Shown here: in pieces, positions 38,802-48,598 of the stretch
How positions within the stretch are numbered: position 1 is the stretch's first letter
How the letters are laid out: the number at the start of each line of letters is the position of its first letter
From: an uncultured SAR86 cluster bacterium
GTDB lineage: Bacteria > Pseudomonadota > Gammaproteobacteria > Magnimaribacterales > D2472
NCBI GenBank assembly: GCA_902558395.1
Contig: CACEDS010000005.1
Span: forward strand, 1,770-65,769
Direction: 5' to 3'
DNA length: 64,000 nt
Translations under genes and position numbers: made by a program
Notes under the pieces: model-generated
What the model was told of the DNA's origin: nothing
The model's input: the letters and a program-made list of their open reading frames with translations, nothing else
The model's database searches: none

Positions 38802-41345
38802 ATGATGTTCAAATTTAAACTTAATAGACTATTTTTTGTAGTTCTTTCACTATCAGTATTTACAATTCAAGCACAAGATTCATCATCTGAATCAGCGGAT
38901 GCAATAGAAGAAGTGATTACTACAGCAAGAAGAACAGAAGAATCTGTAACTGATGTTCCAATAGCAATTAGTGCTTTTACAGGATTAGACTTAGAAGAGA
39001 AAGGTATAGCCAATATGGAAAACCTTCCAAGTATTGTTTCTAATATTAATTTTCAAAAATCTGCAAACAATCAAAGTGTTGCTAACGTAAGTGTAAGAGG
39101 AATGGGCTCATCCAGAGGAGCCATCCAATGGGATAATAAAATTGCTTTATATGTTGATGATGCATATATGATTAGGCCTCAAGGATCTTTATTTGATCTT
39201 TTTGATGTTGCTAATCTTCAAGTTCTAAAAGGACCTCAAGGAACACTTTTTGGAAAAAATACATCATCTGGTGCAATTTTAGTTAACAATAATTTACCAG
39301 TTGTTGGTGAATTTGATAGCACAGTGAAAGTTTCTATGGGGCAAAGAAATCTGAATTCTGTGTCAGCAATGGTGAATTTACCTCTAACTTCTAATGCAGC
39401 CTTGAGGGTTGTTGGAATTACAAAAAAACAAGACGGTTATATAAACAACCTTGATGGTTTTGGTGATGATGGCGGCATCATTGATAATGAGACATTTAGA
39501 GCAATGCTCTCAGTAGATATTACTGAAGATTTAAATCTTTTGTATACATATTCTATGTTTGATTCATCTGGGACTGCTGTTTATGCTAACTGTGAAGTCT
39601 ATACAAATTCACCAATGTTAGCTGGCGGACCGGCATTAAACTTTATACCAAATGATATGAAAACTAGAGCTGTTGAGGATTGTAATGCTACAGGTCATTA
39701 TGATTCATATCATGATTCTACTTTTGGTGATTCGTATTTAGATTTAGATAAGACTCTTTTAAAACTTACTTATGACCTTGGGTCTGATAGCACTCTTACA
39801 TTTATTCATGCAACTGCAAAACATGACGATCAGGAAACAGGTTGGGCAACTGGAGCTAGTAGGTATGACTTTCCTGATATAACTCTTGTAGGTCCAAGAG
39901 TTCAGGATACAGACGGCTCAACCACAGAGATTAGATTTAATGGCCTAGCTATGGAAGGTAAACTTCAATATGCTTTTGGTTACTTTGAGTCTGATGTTGA
40001 TGGTAATATGGTCAACCCAACAATACGTGCAGCTGGTTTTGAAGCTTCATCACAACTAATTGGCCCAGGCCAGGCACCAGCCCCGCTGGTTGGACTTCCT
40101 ATAAATATAGCTGATATTGCAAAGGTAGCTCTATTTCAAAACTCAAGTGGTGTTGAATATGTTCATTCAAGTGCGATATCTGAAGCTGTATATGGAGAAG
40201 TTGTATATTCTTTAACTGATAGTGTTAACCTTACTTTAGGTTATAGATCTTCTGAAGATATTAAAGGTATTGATATCAGAGCTGTTTATCCTGAAGGCGG
40301 AATGAATTTAAATCCTGTTTATCATGCATTTGCTTTAACAAGTATAAATCCTGCATTAATAGGACTTGCAAATCTAACAGCTCCATATATGGATGCTGGA
40401 AAGGATGCTTGGGAAATTTCTTTTGCCCCAGCTCCTGGAGCAAGATATCATGCATCAAAATGTGATCCTATTTATGGCTCATTCTCAAATCCTCTTACCG
40501 GAGGAACAGGATACTGTTCAATCGAGAGAACCTATGATAATGACTCAATGAGATTTATTGCTGACTATACATTTGATAATGGGAATATGATTTATGCCTC
40601 ATATAGTGAGGGCTATATGCCAGGAAATACTAATAATTCAGTTTTAGGAGTTGGTGCAAAAACTCTTGAAGCTGAAACAACCGAAGTAGTTGAATTTGGT
40701 ACCAAATCTTCATTTATGAATGGAAGGCTAAGATTGAGTGCTGCTGTATTCGATCAAGATTTTTCTAATAAATCAGTAGTCTCATCAGCTATTGATGCAA
40801 ATGGACAATCAACTGTTATAAATACCATACAACCTACCGTAGAGATGTCAGGGTATGAATTTGATATTTCATATGACTTGACTGAATCATTAGTTTTAGC
40901 CGTTTCAGTTGGCCATGTTGAGGGTGATAATCCTGCATCGGATCTAGAATATAATGTCAGCGGCCAAAATGATTCGAGTAATATATCTCTTACACATAAG
41001 GGTATGATTGGAAAAATACCTGCAGTTACCGTATTAAGGACTAATACAGTCGGCGATGATATCATGTCAGAGAACCCTTTAAATTGTGGTCCTATACCAT
41101 TATATGAAGGTTGCGCTGCTAACGGTGGACCTAATCAGATTACAAATCCTGAATACACACTTGCTAATTTAAACATTAATTTAATGTTAAGTGAGAAAGC
41201 TCAGGTAAGCTTCTTCATTGATAACCTAACAGATGAAGAATATAGATATGCTTCCTTTGGAGATATAACAACAACTCTTGGAACCATATCATGGTTTAGC
41301 GGACCACCAAGAACAACTGGTATAAGCTTTACTGTTAATTACTAG
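38802..41345 (+). CDS. TonB-dependent receptor
   Basis: IEEVITTARRTEES..DVPIAIS, VLKGPQGTLFGKNT, C-terminal GPPRT.G..F..NY; GGGGG SD before ATG 38802. Confidence 0.95.
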   Translation: MMFKFKLNRLFFVVLSLSVFTIQAQDSSSESADAIEEVITTARRTEESVTDVPIAISAFTGLDLEEKGIANMENLPSIVSNINFQKSANNQSVANVSVRGMGSSRGAIQWDNKIALYVDDAYMIRPQGSLFDLFDVANLQVLKGPQGTLFGKNTSSGAILVNNNLPVVGEFDSTVKVSMGQRNLNSVSAMVNLPLTSNAALRVVGITKKQDGYINNLDGFGDDGGIIDNETFRAMLSVDITEDLNLLYTYSMFDSSGTAVYANCEVYTNSPMLAGGPALNFIPNDMKTRAVEDCNATGHYDSYHDSTFGDSYLDLDKTLLKLTYDLGSDSTLTFIHATAKHDDQETGWATGASRYDFPDITLVGPRVQDTDGSTTEIRFNGLAMEGKLQYAFGYFESDVDGNMVNPTIRAAGFEASSQLIGPGQAPAPLVGLPINIADIAKVALFQNSSGVEYVHSSAISEAVYGEVVYSLTDSVNLTLGYRSSEDIKGIDIRAVYPEGGMNLNPVYHAFALTSINPALIGLANLTAPYMDAGKDAWEISFAPAPGARYHASKCDPIYGSFSNPLTGGTGYCSIERTYDNDSMRFIADYTFDNGNMIYASYSEGYMPGNTNNSVLGVGAKTLEAETTEVVEFGTKSSFMNGRLRLSAAVFDQDFSNKSVVSSAIDANGQSTVINTIQPTVEMSGYEFDISYDLTESLVLAVSVGHVEGDNPASDLEYNVSGQNDSSNISLTHKGMIGKIPAVTVLRTNTVGDDIMSENPLNCGPIPLYEGCAANGGPNQITNPEYTLANLNINLMLSEKAQVSFFIDNLTDEEYRYASFGDITTTLGTISWFSGPPRTTGISFTVNY

Positions 41346-41394
41346 TTTTCAATGACCTAGCTAAACATTTAGCTCCCCGGAATCATTGATACTT

Positions 41395-41419
41395 AAACCC
41401 CTCAAATGAGGGGTTTTTT
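41395..41419. terminator. Rho-independent terminator between the TBDR and tRNA-Arg
   Basis: AAACCCCTCA-AA-TGAGGGGTTT followed by a T run. Confidence 0.85.
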
Positions 41420-41424
41420 ATATA

Positions 41425-41501
41425 TGGTGCGCCCGGGAAGATTCGAACTCCCGACCCCTTGGTTCGAAGCCAAGTACTCTATCCAACTGAGCTACAGGCG
41501 C
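41425..41501 (-). tRNA. tRNA-Arg(TCG)
   Basis: Reverse complement GCGCCTG...CTTGG-CTTCGAA-CCAAG...GTTCGAATC...CGGGCGCACCA. Confidence 0.95.
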
Positions 41502-41521
41502 ATAAACGGTATTATATTCTT

Positions 41522-42520
41522 TTAGCTATTAGAATGACGATAATCGTTTGGAGTAACCTTATTCCATCTTACAAAAGCTCTTCTAAAACTAGCTGCTTCA
41601 CTATAATTTAGTAACATGGCTATATCTGAAATAGTTAAATTAGTTGTAGTAAGATATTTTTTTGCTAGAACATCTCTAACTTCATCGCAAATAATTCTGT
41701 AACTTGAAGATTCCTCTTTTAATCTTCTTCTCAGTGTGCTTTCACTCATATGAAGTTTGAAGGCAACTTTTTTTATATCAGGTAAATCATCCCCAGCTTG
41801 AAGTAGCATTCTTCTCGTAGCAGCGGAGAAGTTTTCTACTTTGTTCAAATCTCGTAAAAGTCTTTCGCATTGTTCTTCATAAATAATATGAACTGCAGAG
41901 TTTGCAGCAACTAGTTTTTCTTTACTTAAATCAATTGGAACAGATATTTCATTATGTAGTTGATTAAATTTTACATTACACTTTAGTATCGATTCATAAA
42001 GCTCTTTTTTATCTATTCCCTCATGTTGAAAACTTATTGTAAATTTTAATTTATCGTTATTTAAAATAGTCTTAAGAAGGTAAATTGATTGAGATATTAT
42101 TAGCTCAGTTAATAATTTTTTTTGCAGATTGCTTAAAACACTTAATGAAACTCTTAGAGTATATTGAGAGTTATGTGAGTCAGATAAAACATTAAAATTA
42201 ATCCCAGTTCCTAGCAATAACTGATACCTATTAATTAATTTTATAGCTTCTGAAAGACTTGAACAGCTCATGAGCGCAAAACCAAAAGATCCAAAATAGG
42301 TTACATCTACTCTTTGACCTAGCTTTATCATTAAAGCTTCATCTTTAGTATAGTTATAGGCATAGTCAATGATTCTAGGTAAATCAATTTCTTGTATTGG
42401 TTTGTTTAAATCTATTTTTGCGTTCTTGATAATATCTTCAGTTGTGAAACCTGACTCTCTGGATATATCTAATAGTTTATCTACTAGGAGATTTAAGTTT
42501 CTATTTGATGAATTTAACAT
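41522..42520 (-). CDS. AraC family regulator (Arabinose_bd_2-type N-terminal domain)
   Basis: FGSFGFALMSC, MSESTLRRRL, LNYSEAASFRRAF.RW..TP..YR. Confidence 0.92.
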   Translation of the reverse strand: MLNSSNRNLNLLVDKLLDISRESGFTTEDIIKNAKIDLNKPIQEIDLPRIIDYAYNYTKDEALMIKLGQRVDVTYFGSFGFALMSCSSLSEAIKLINRYQLLLGTGINFNVLSDSHNSQYTLRVSLSVLSNLQKKLLTELIISQSIYLLKTILNNDKLKFTISFQHEGIDKKELYESILKCNVKFNQLHNEISVPIDLSKEKLVAANSAVHIIYEEQCERLLRDLNKVENFSAATRRMLLQAGDDLPDIKKVAFKLHMSESTLRRRLKEESSSYRIICDEVRDVLAKKYLTTTNLTISDIAMLLNYSEAASFRRAFVRWNKVTPNDYRHSNS

Positions 42521-42547
42521 TTGTAAACATAATAATTAAAATATTGA

Positions 42548-42585
42548 TGAATTAAAACATCTCTATTATGACTTAAAATATCTCT
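42548..42585 (+). promoter_or_regulatory. Tandem direct repeat TGA-N8-ATCTCT (21-bp period), probable AraC-family operator
   Basis: TGAATTAAAACATCTCT and TGACTTAAAATATCTCT in the araC/hydrolase divergent region. Confidence 0.6.
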
Positions 42586-42638
42586 CTTATATATGACCAT
42601 AATTGCTATTCTATGTTGCGATTTATGAGGAATAGATT

Positions 42639-43445
42639 ATGACGATGATTAAAAGAGACCCTTCGTTTGAACTGAAGAAACACTTATCTTCAAACTGGGC
42701 TAACGATGATGCATTTTTAACTGCAGTTTTAAATGCTTTAAGTTTCTGTTTTCCAAAAGGTGAGAAGTTTTTTATGAATAGTGTTCGTGCATTCAAAGAA
42801 GACGTTAGACTAAAGGATATGTCAGAAGAGATTCGTATGTTCTGCATACAAGAGGCAACACATACAAGAGAGCACATCAAATACAACCAACTATTATGTG
42901 AGCTTAAGGGGTATGACTTAGAAAAGTTAGAAAGCATATTTGTAAAAAGTTTAGAAAAATCCTATACAGATAAAGTAGACAACAAAACACGATTAGCAAT
43001 AACAACTGCAATAGAACATATCACAGCAACAATGGGTACCAATATCTTAAAAGGTAAAATTCTTAAATCAGATAATCCAGTAGTAGATATGTGGAAGTGG
43101 CATAGTTTAGAAGAGGTTGAGCATAAATCAGTATCACACGATGTTTATCAAACAATCAATGGTTCAAATAAAGTTTTGAGGATTGTAATGAAATTGGCAT
43201 TGATTGATTTAATTTTTGTAATTACAAGAATTGCAATCAAGATGTTAAAACATGACAAGCAATTTTGGAAATTATCTACATTTAAAAGCATGTTCAAATT
43301 CTTCTTTTCTAAAAAAGGAGCACTAAGAGTTAATTACGCAGACTATAAATCATTTTTTGATAAAGATTTTAACCCTGAAACACACGGAAGTGATTTGGAC
43401 TTAACCCCATGGAAAGAAAGGTTTAGTACCAATCAATTTGTCTAA
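42639..43445 (+). CDS. Predicted metal-dependent hydrolase (Metal_hydrol, ferritin-like ExxH motifs)
   Basis: FPKGEKFF, QEATHTREH, AIEHIT, WHSLEEVEHKSV. Confidence 0.88.
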   Translation: MTMIKRDPSFELKKHLSSNWANDDAFLTAVLNALSFCFPKGEKFFMNSVRAFKEDVRLKDMSEEIRMFCIQEATHTREHIKYNQLLCELKGYDLEKLESIFVKSLEKSYTDKVDNKTRLAITTAIEHITATMGTNILKGKILKSDNPVVDMWKWHSLEEVEHKSVSHDVYQTINGSNKVLRIVMKLALIDLIFVITRIAIKMLKHDKQFWKLSTFKSMFKFFFSKKGALRVNYADYKSFFDKDFNPETHGSDLDLTPWKERFSTNQFV

Positions 43446-43483
43446 AAAGTATCTGTTTTTAATCACTGTGTTAGGATAATTTA

Positions 43484-45529
43484 ATGATAAAAAAGATTGG
43501 CGGAGTGGTATTAATATTAATACTCATTCTTGGTGGTTTTATTTTCTATGGTTTATTTATTCTTGACGTAGATAAAGAACAACAAGTCCAAACGTCATTA
43601 GATGATTCTTATTATCAGGTAGCTGATTTATTGGACACCGATTCTTTATCTATGCCTAATCCAAATAAAAATGCATATTTCGGTGATTTGCATATACATA
43701 CTTCAAATTCATTTGATGCATACACATTTGGATCTTTAAGTAATCCTGACATGGCTTATAAATTTGCTCAAGGAGAGTCAATTCCTCATCCGACTGGTTA
43801 TGATATACAGCTGAGAAGGCCGCTAGATTTTTATGCGGTAACTGACCATGGTTTTTTTCTAGGACTTCTACCAACCGCTGCAGACACTAACTCTTTGTTT
43901 TCCAAATATGAGTATACAAAGCCAGTCCATAATTTAAATGAATCTCGACCTGATGGGTTTTTAGAAGTTTTTAAAAGAGGTGGATTATTTACGGATTTTG
44001 CTAGAACAACCATCGAAGGCATCAGAAATGGCACAATTGATAATAACCTCATAGATAATGTGCAAAAAAGTGTTTGGCAAGAAACAATAAAAGCTGCTGA
44101 TGATGCATACAAGCCTGGTATTTTTACAACCTTTGCAGGTTACGAATATACTTCATCTGAAGACTTATACAATAATTATCTTCATCGTAATGTGATATTT
44201 GAGGACACTAAAAATCTTCCCGATAAAATTTTTTCTAGACTTGATAGCATGAACCCCGAGCCATTATGGGAATGGATGAACGGTCTTAGAGAAAATGGTG
44301 TTGATAGTTTAGCTATTCCTCATAACTCAAATATTTCTGGCGGCTCTGCCTTTTCTAATAATGATTTTAATGGCGGACCAATTGATGATGCTTATGCATC
44401 TAATAGGTTGCTAAATGAACCATTAGTTGAAATAACTCAAGCCAAAGGAACCTCTGAAACTCATCCATTAATTTCAAAAAATGATGAATGGGCCTCATTT
44501 GAAACCGCTACACCACCCAGGTATCCATCAAATGAAATGAAAAATATTAAGGGTTCATACGTAAGAAATGCATATTTGAGAGGTCTTGCAATTGAAGAAA
44601 AAGGAATTGTTAATCCATATAAATTTGGTCTTATTGGTTCTAGCGATAGTCATGTAGCTGGTGGATCATATAATGAAGAAACACATTTTTCTAAAATCGG
44701 CATGGTAGATGGCACTCCTAAGCTGAGGGGTTCAGTACCTTTTAATAAAACTTTTGGTTATATCATGAGCAAGATTCCCGGTTCTGAATCAGAAGAAGTT
44801 TCTCGAGGAATGGCAAGTCTTATGAAATATGTTGATAATAATTATTATCTCAACGCAGGAGACCGAGTTATATATTTTGGTGCCTCTGGACTTGCAGGTG
44901 TTTGGGCTGAAGAGAATACAAGGGAGTCAATTTTTGCTGCTTTCAGAAAAAAAGAAACCTTTGCAACATCAGGTCCTAGAATCAAGGTGAGATTTTTTGG
45001 TGGCTATGATTTAGAGAATTATAGTCTTTCAGATGAAAATCTCATTAGAAAGGCTTATTCATTGAGCACACCTATGGGCGGTGATCTTATTACAGATAAT
45101 CAAATCAGTCCAACATTTTTAATTTGGGCAGTTTCAGATCCACTTAGTAATAAATTACAAAGATCTCAAGTAGTTAAAGGATGGGTCGAAAACGGAGTCC
45201 ATAATGAAAAGGTTTTTGATGTAGCATGTTCAGATGGTTTGAAGATTAATCCAATAACTCATCGTTGTCCAGACAATGGAGCAGAAGTTAATCTTAATGA
45301 CTGTTCAACTACAGCAAACATAGGCGCATCAGAGCTTAAAACCTTCTGGAAAGATCCAGAATTTAATTCTGATATGAATGCTTTTTATTATGTTCGTGTT
45401 ATAGAAAATCCATCATGCAGATGGTCAACTTGGGATGCTGTTAGAAACGGGGAGAAACCAAGATCTGATATTGATTCAGTTATTCAAGAAAGGGCTTGGT
45501 CCTCACCAATTTGGATTAAATCAAGTTAG
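43484..45529 (+). CDS. DUF3604 (PHP-like) membrane-anchored protein, paralog 1
   Basis: YFGDLHIHT, DFYAVTDH, GYEYT, HRNVIF, IPHN, GSSDSH, QERAWSSPIW. Confidence 0.88.
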   Translation: MIKKIGGVVLILILILGGFIFYGLFILDVDKEQQVQTSLDDSYYQVADLLDTDSLSMPNPNKNAYFGDLHIHTSNSFDAYTFGSLSNPDMAYKFAQGESIPHPTGYDIQLRRPLDFYAVTDHGFFLGLLPTAADTNSLFSKYEYTKPVHNLNESRPDGFLEVFKRGGLFTDFARTTIEGIRNGTIDNNLIDNVQKSVWQETIKAADDAYKPGIFTTFAGYEYTSSEDLYNNYLHRNVIFEDTKNLPDKIFSRLDSMNPEPLWEWMNGLRENGVDSLAIPHNSNISGGSAFSNNDFNGGPIDDAYASNRLLNEPLVEITQAKGTSETHPLISKNDEWASFETATPPRYPSNEMKNIKGSYVRNAYLRGLAIEEKGIVNPYKFGLIGSSDSHVAGGSYNEETHFSKIGMVDGTPKLRGSVPFNKTFGYIMSKIPGSESEEVSRGMASLMKYVDNNYYLNAGDRVIYFGASGLAGVWAEENTRESIFAAFRKKETFATSGPRIKVRFFGGYDLENYSLSDENLIRKAYSLSTPMGGDLITDNQISPTFLIWAVSDPLSNKLQRSQVVKGWVENGVHNEKVFDVACSDGLKINPITHRCPDNGAEVNLNDCSTTANIGASELKTFWKDPEFNSDMNAFYYVRVIENPSCRWSTWDAVRNGEKPRSDIDSVIQERAWSSPIWIKSS

Positions 45530-45629
45530 TATGATTGTGCATTTGAGCATAATCAATCTACACTTATATTGATTGACTATAGATAGTTGAGTTGATTTAA
45601 TTAATTTATATATATTTGGGGAGAAAATA

Positions 45630-47780
45630 ATGAAATCAATGTTTATAAAGCTCTTAATAGCTATACCAGTAATCTATTTAGCTTTATTTGTTGGTTTATG
45701 GTCATCAGTAACTGATTCCAGGCCAATGCTTAGCTTGTTAGATCTGATGAGATCAGATAGCGCTACTGAAATTGTTGATTTTTCATCTGATGAGGAAAAA
45801 TCGTCCAAGCCAAAACCAAAACCTAATAAAGATAGAAATCCCTATTATGGCGATCTTCACGTTCACACCAAGCATTCTTTTGATGCCTATATATTTGGTG
45901 TCACAGCAACACCTAACGATGCATATAGGTACGCTAAAGGAGAGGGAATTATGCATCCCATGGGATATGAGATGAAATTACAAGAACCATTAGATTTTTA
46001 TTCAGTAACTGATCATGGTTTCTTTATGGGTATGTTGAATGCTTGGGCAGACACCTCAACTGATATCTCTCAAAAAGATTTTGCTAAACCTTTTCATGAC
46101 TTAAATGAAATAGAAAATATAACACCTGAATCTGCTGGACCAAGATCGGCATTATTTAGCTCAATTCTTGGGGGCACTATTACACAAACTTATTCAGATT
46201 TAAGCCCTAACGTAATGAAGGCTTGGTTTACAAAAAATACTCAAGCTGCCTTGAGGTCATTTGATTATGAAATTCATAAATCAGCTTGGGAAGATGTAGC
46301 TAAAGCAGCTAATGAACATAATGATCCAGGTCATTTCACAACATTTATTGGATATGAATTTACAACCTCAACAAATATTGAGGGCGGTAACTTACATAGA
46401 AATGTTATTTTTAATTCATCAAAGGCACCTATTAGACCTTGGACAAGAATAGATTCAATAAATCCAGAGGATTTATGGACGTGGCAAGATAAATTACGAG
46501 ATAAAGGTGTTGATACTGTTTCAATACCTCATAATCCAAATGGATCAAATGGCCAAATGTTTGAAATGGAGACATTTTATTCCGATCCAATTAATAGAGA
46601 ATATGCTGAAAAAAGAATGAGAAATGAGCCTATAGTTGAGGTTACTCAAGTAAAAGGTACTTCAGAGACGCATCCTTTACTTTCACCAGATGATGAATGG
46701 GCTGATTTTGAAATAATGGATGTAAGAGTGGGAAGTAGGCCGCCAACCTACAGTAGGCCTTCTGGTAGTTATGTTAGAGAAGCTTATTTAAACGGATTAA
46801 CATTAGAATTTACCAAGCAAGGTAATCCTTATAAATTTGGTTTAATCGGTTCTTCTGATACACATACTGGTGCTGGTGCTTTCGATGAATCAAATTATTG
46901 GTCTAAGGTTGGTATTCTTGATGGTGATCCTGAAAATAGAGGGTCTGCACCTCTTGCTCCAGAGAACCTAGAGTTGATGGACAACTACATGAGGGCATTT
47001 AATCAACCACGAAGTACCGTTAGCTTAGAGCAAGGCGAATATGCAAATACAGGTTTTACTCAATGGGGCGCGTCAGGTTTAGCTGCTGTTTGGGCAGAAG
47101 AAAATACCAGAGACTCAATATTTAAAGCCTTTAAAAGAAAAGAAACCTTTGCAACAACAGGAACTCGTATTGCAGTTCGATTCTTTGGTGGTTTTAACTT
47201 ATCAAGTATAGATCTAAACTCTGAGATGCTTGTTAGTCAAGCCTATCAAAACGGAGTAACTATGGGTTCTGATCTAGTAGGTGATGGTGATAAAACACCT
47301 GAATTTATTGTTTGGGCACAAAGAGATAAAAATGGTGCTCCGCTTCAAAGAGTGCAAATCATAAAGGGTTGGATTGATGCAGCGGGTAGAACTTATGAAA
47401 AAGTTTATGATGTTGTGTGTTCTGATGGTCTTCAAGTTGATCCTGTAACAAACAGATGCCCCGATAATGGAGCTAAAGTAAATATCAACGATTGTTCTAT
47501 AACTCAAAATATTGGCTCGTCAGAATTGAAAGCAAATTGGATTGATCCAGATTTTGATAATGAAACTAAGTCTTTTTATTATGCAAGAGTACTAGAAAAT
47601 CCTACCTGTAGATGGAGTACATGGGATGCAATAAGTAGAGGCTTTAAACCAAGAGAAGATTTACATGATACTATTCAAGAAAGAGCTTGGTCATCACCGA
47701 TATGGTACATTCCACCAGCAAGTGATGTTGATGTCGTTCCTCTTGGGGGAACAGTAAGAATGATTAATTTAAGTACTTAA
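45630..47780 (+). CDS. DUF3604 (PHP-like) membrane-anchored protein, paralog 2
   Basis: YYGDLHVHT, DFYSVTDH, GYEFT, HRNVIF, IPHN, GSSDTH, QERAWSSPIW. Confidence 0.88.
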   Translation: MKSMFIKLLIAIPVIYLALFVGLWSSVTDSRPMLSLLDLMRSDSATEIVDFSSDEEKSSKPKPKPNKDRNPYYGDLHVHTKHSFDAYIFGVTATPNDAYRYAKGEGIMHPMGYEMKLQEPLDFYSVTDHGFFMGMLNAWADTSTDISQKDFAKPFHDLNEIENITPESAGPRSALFSSILGGTITQTYSDLSPNVMKAWFTKNTQAALRSFDYEIHKSAWEDVAKAANEHNDPGHFTTFIGYEFTTSTNIEGGNLHRNVIFNSSKAPIRPWTRIDSINPEDLWTWQDKLRDKGVDTVSIPHNPNGSNGQMFEMETFYSDPINREYAEKRMRNEPIVEVTQVKGTSETHPLLSPDDEWADFEIMDVRVGSRPPTYSRPSGSYVREAYLNGLTLEFTKQGNPYKFGLIGSSDTHTGAGAFDESNYWSKVGILDGDPENRGSAPLAPENLELMDNYMRAFNQPRSTVSLEQGEYANTGFTQWGASGLAAVWAEENTRDSIFKAFKRKETFATTGTRIAVRFFGGFNLSSIDLNSEMLVSQAYQNGVTMGSDLVGDGDKTPEFIVWAQRDKNGAPLQRVQIIKGWIDAAGRTYEKVYDVVCSDGLQVDPVTNRCPDNGAKVNINDCSITQNIGSSELKANWIDPDFDNETKSFYYARVLENPTCRWSTWDAISRGFKPREDLHDTIQERAWSSPIWYIPPASDVDVVPLGGTVRMINLST

Positions 47781-47803
47781 ATTTAATAATCTTAGACGAT
47801 AAA

Positions 47804-48598
47804 TTGAAATACAAAGTTTTAATATTTTTTATTATTGGAATTTGTTTGTATCTGGTTGATACAGCAATGAGTGCTGATGAAGATAAAAATATATTTGTCT
47901 CAGACCAAGAGATCCTTAGTTTAATTAGCGCATGGAAATCACAGGTTGGCAGAGATCCAACTGATGATGAGCTAGCAAGAATAATTAATAATTTAATTGA
48001 TGAGGAAATTCTCTATAGAGAAGCACTCCTTTTAGGATTAGATCAAGAAGATACTATTATCAAAAGGAGGCTTGCTCAAAAGATCTCATTTTTAAAAGAA
48101 GAATCCATTCCTGAGATTCCAACTACTGAAGAACTGAAAAAGTATTATGAAAATAATAAAGAAAAGTACTATATCGAACCTTCTTTTACATTCACTCATT
48201 ATTATTTTTCAGAAAACAACAATTCACTTGAAAGGTCTCAACAAGCTATAAAAGCTCTTCAAGATAATACCAAAGTTAAATCTGATCCATTTTATTTGGG
48301 TAAAACTTTTGCAAACGAACCATTGAGAAATATAAATACTAATTTTGGCAAAACTTTTAGTAAAGAATTAATAGAAGCAGATCTCAATCAATGGAATGGT
48401 CCATTTGAATCCACTTACGGACATCATATTGTTTATGTAAACTCTGTTAACCAAGGTTACATTCCTGAAATTGAAGAGGTATTAAGACAGGTAGAGGTTG
48501 ATTTCTTGCAAATAAAAAGAGAGCAAGCAGTAAAAGTTTTTTTAAATAATATCAGATCGGAATACACAATTTTTATAAATCCAGATCTTAAATTTTAA
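47804..48598 (+). CDS. PpiC/parvulin-type (Rotamase_2) chaperone
   Basis: EEILYREALLLGLDQEDTIIKRRLAQK, WNGPFESTYGHHIV; TTG start. Confidence 0.85.
   Translation: MKYKVLIFFIIGICLYLVDTAMSADEDKNIFVSDQEILSLISAWKSQVGRDPTDDELARIINNLIDEEILYREALLLGLDQEDTIIKRRLAQKISFLKEESIPEIPTTEELKKYYENNKEKYYIEPSFTFTHYYFSENNNSLERSQQAIKALQDNTKVKSDPFYLGKTFANEPLRNINTNFGKTFSKELIEADLNQWNGPFESTYGHHIVYVNSVNQGYIPEIEEVLRQVEVDFLQIKREQAVKVFLNNIRSEYTIFINPDLKF

Noticed and set aside
45551-45574. AATCAAT...ATTGATT inverted repeat between the DUF3604 paralogs
   Set aside because: Short, AT-only stem with no U-tract, and it does not fit the TGA-N8-ATCYCT motif; likely chance.
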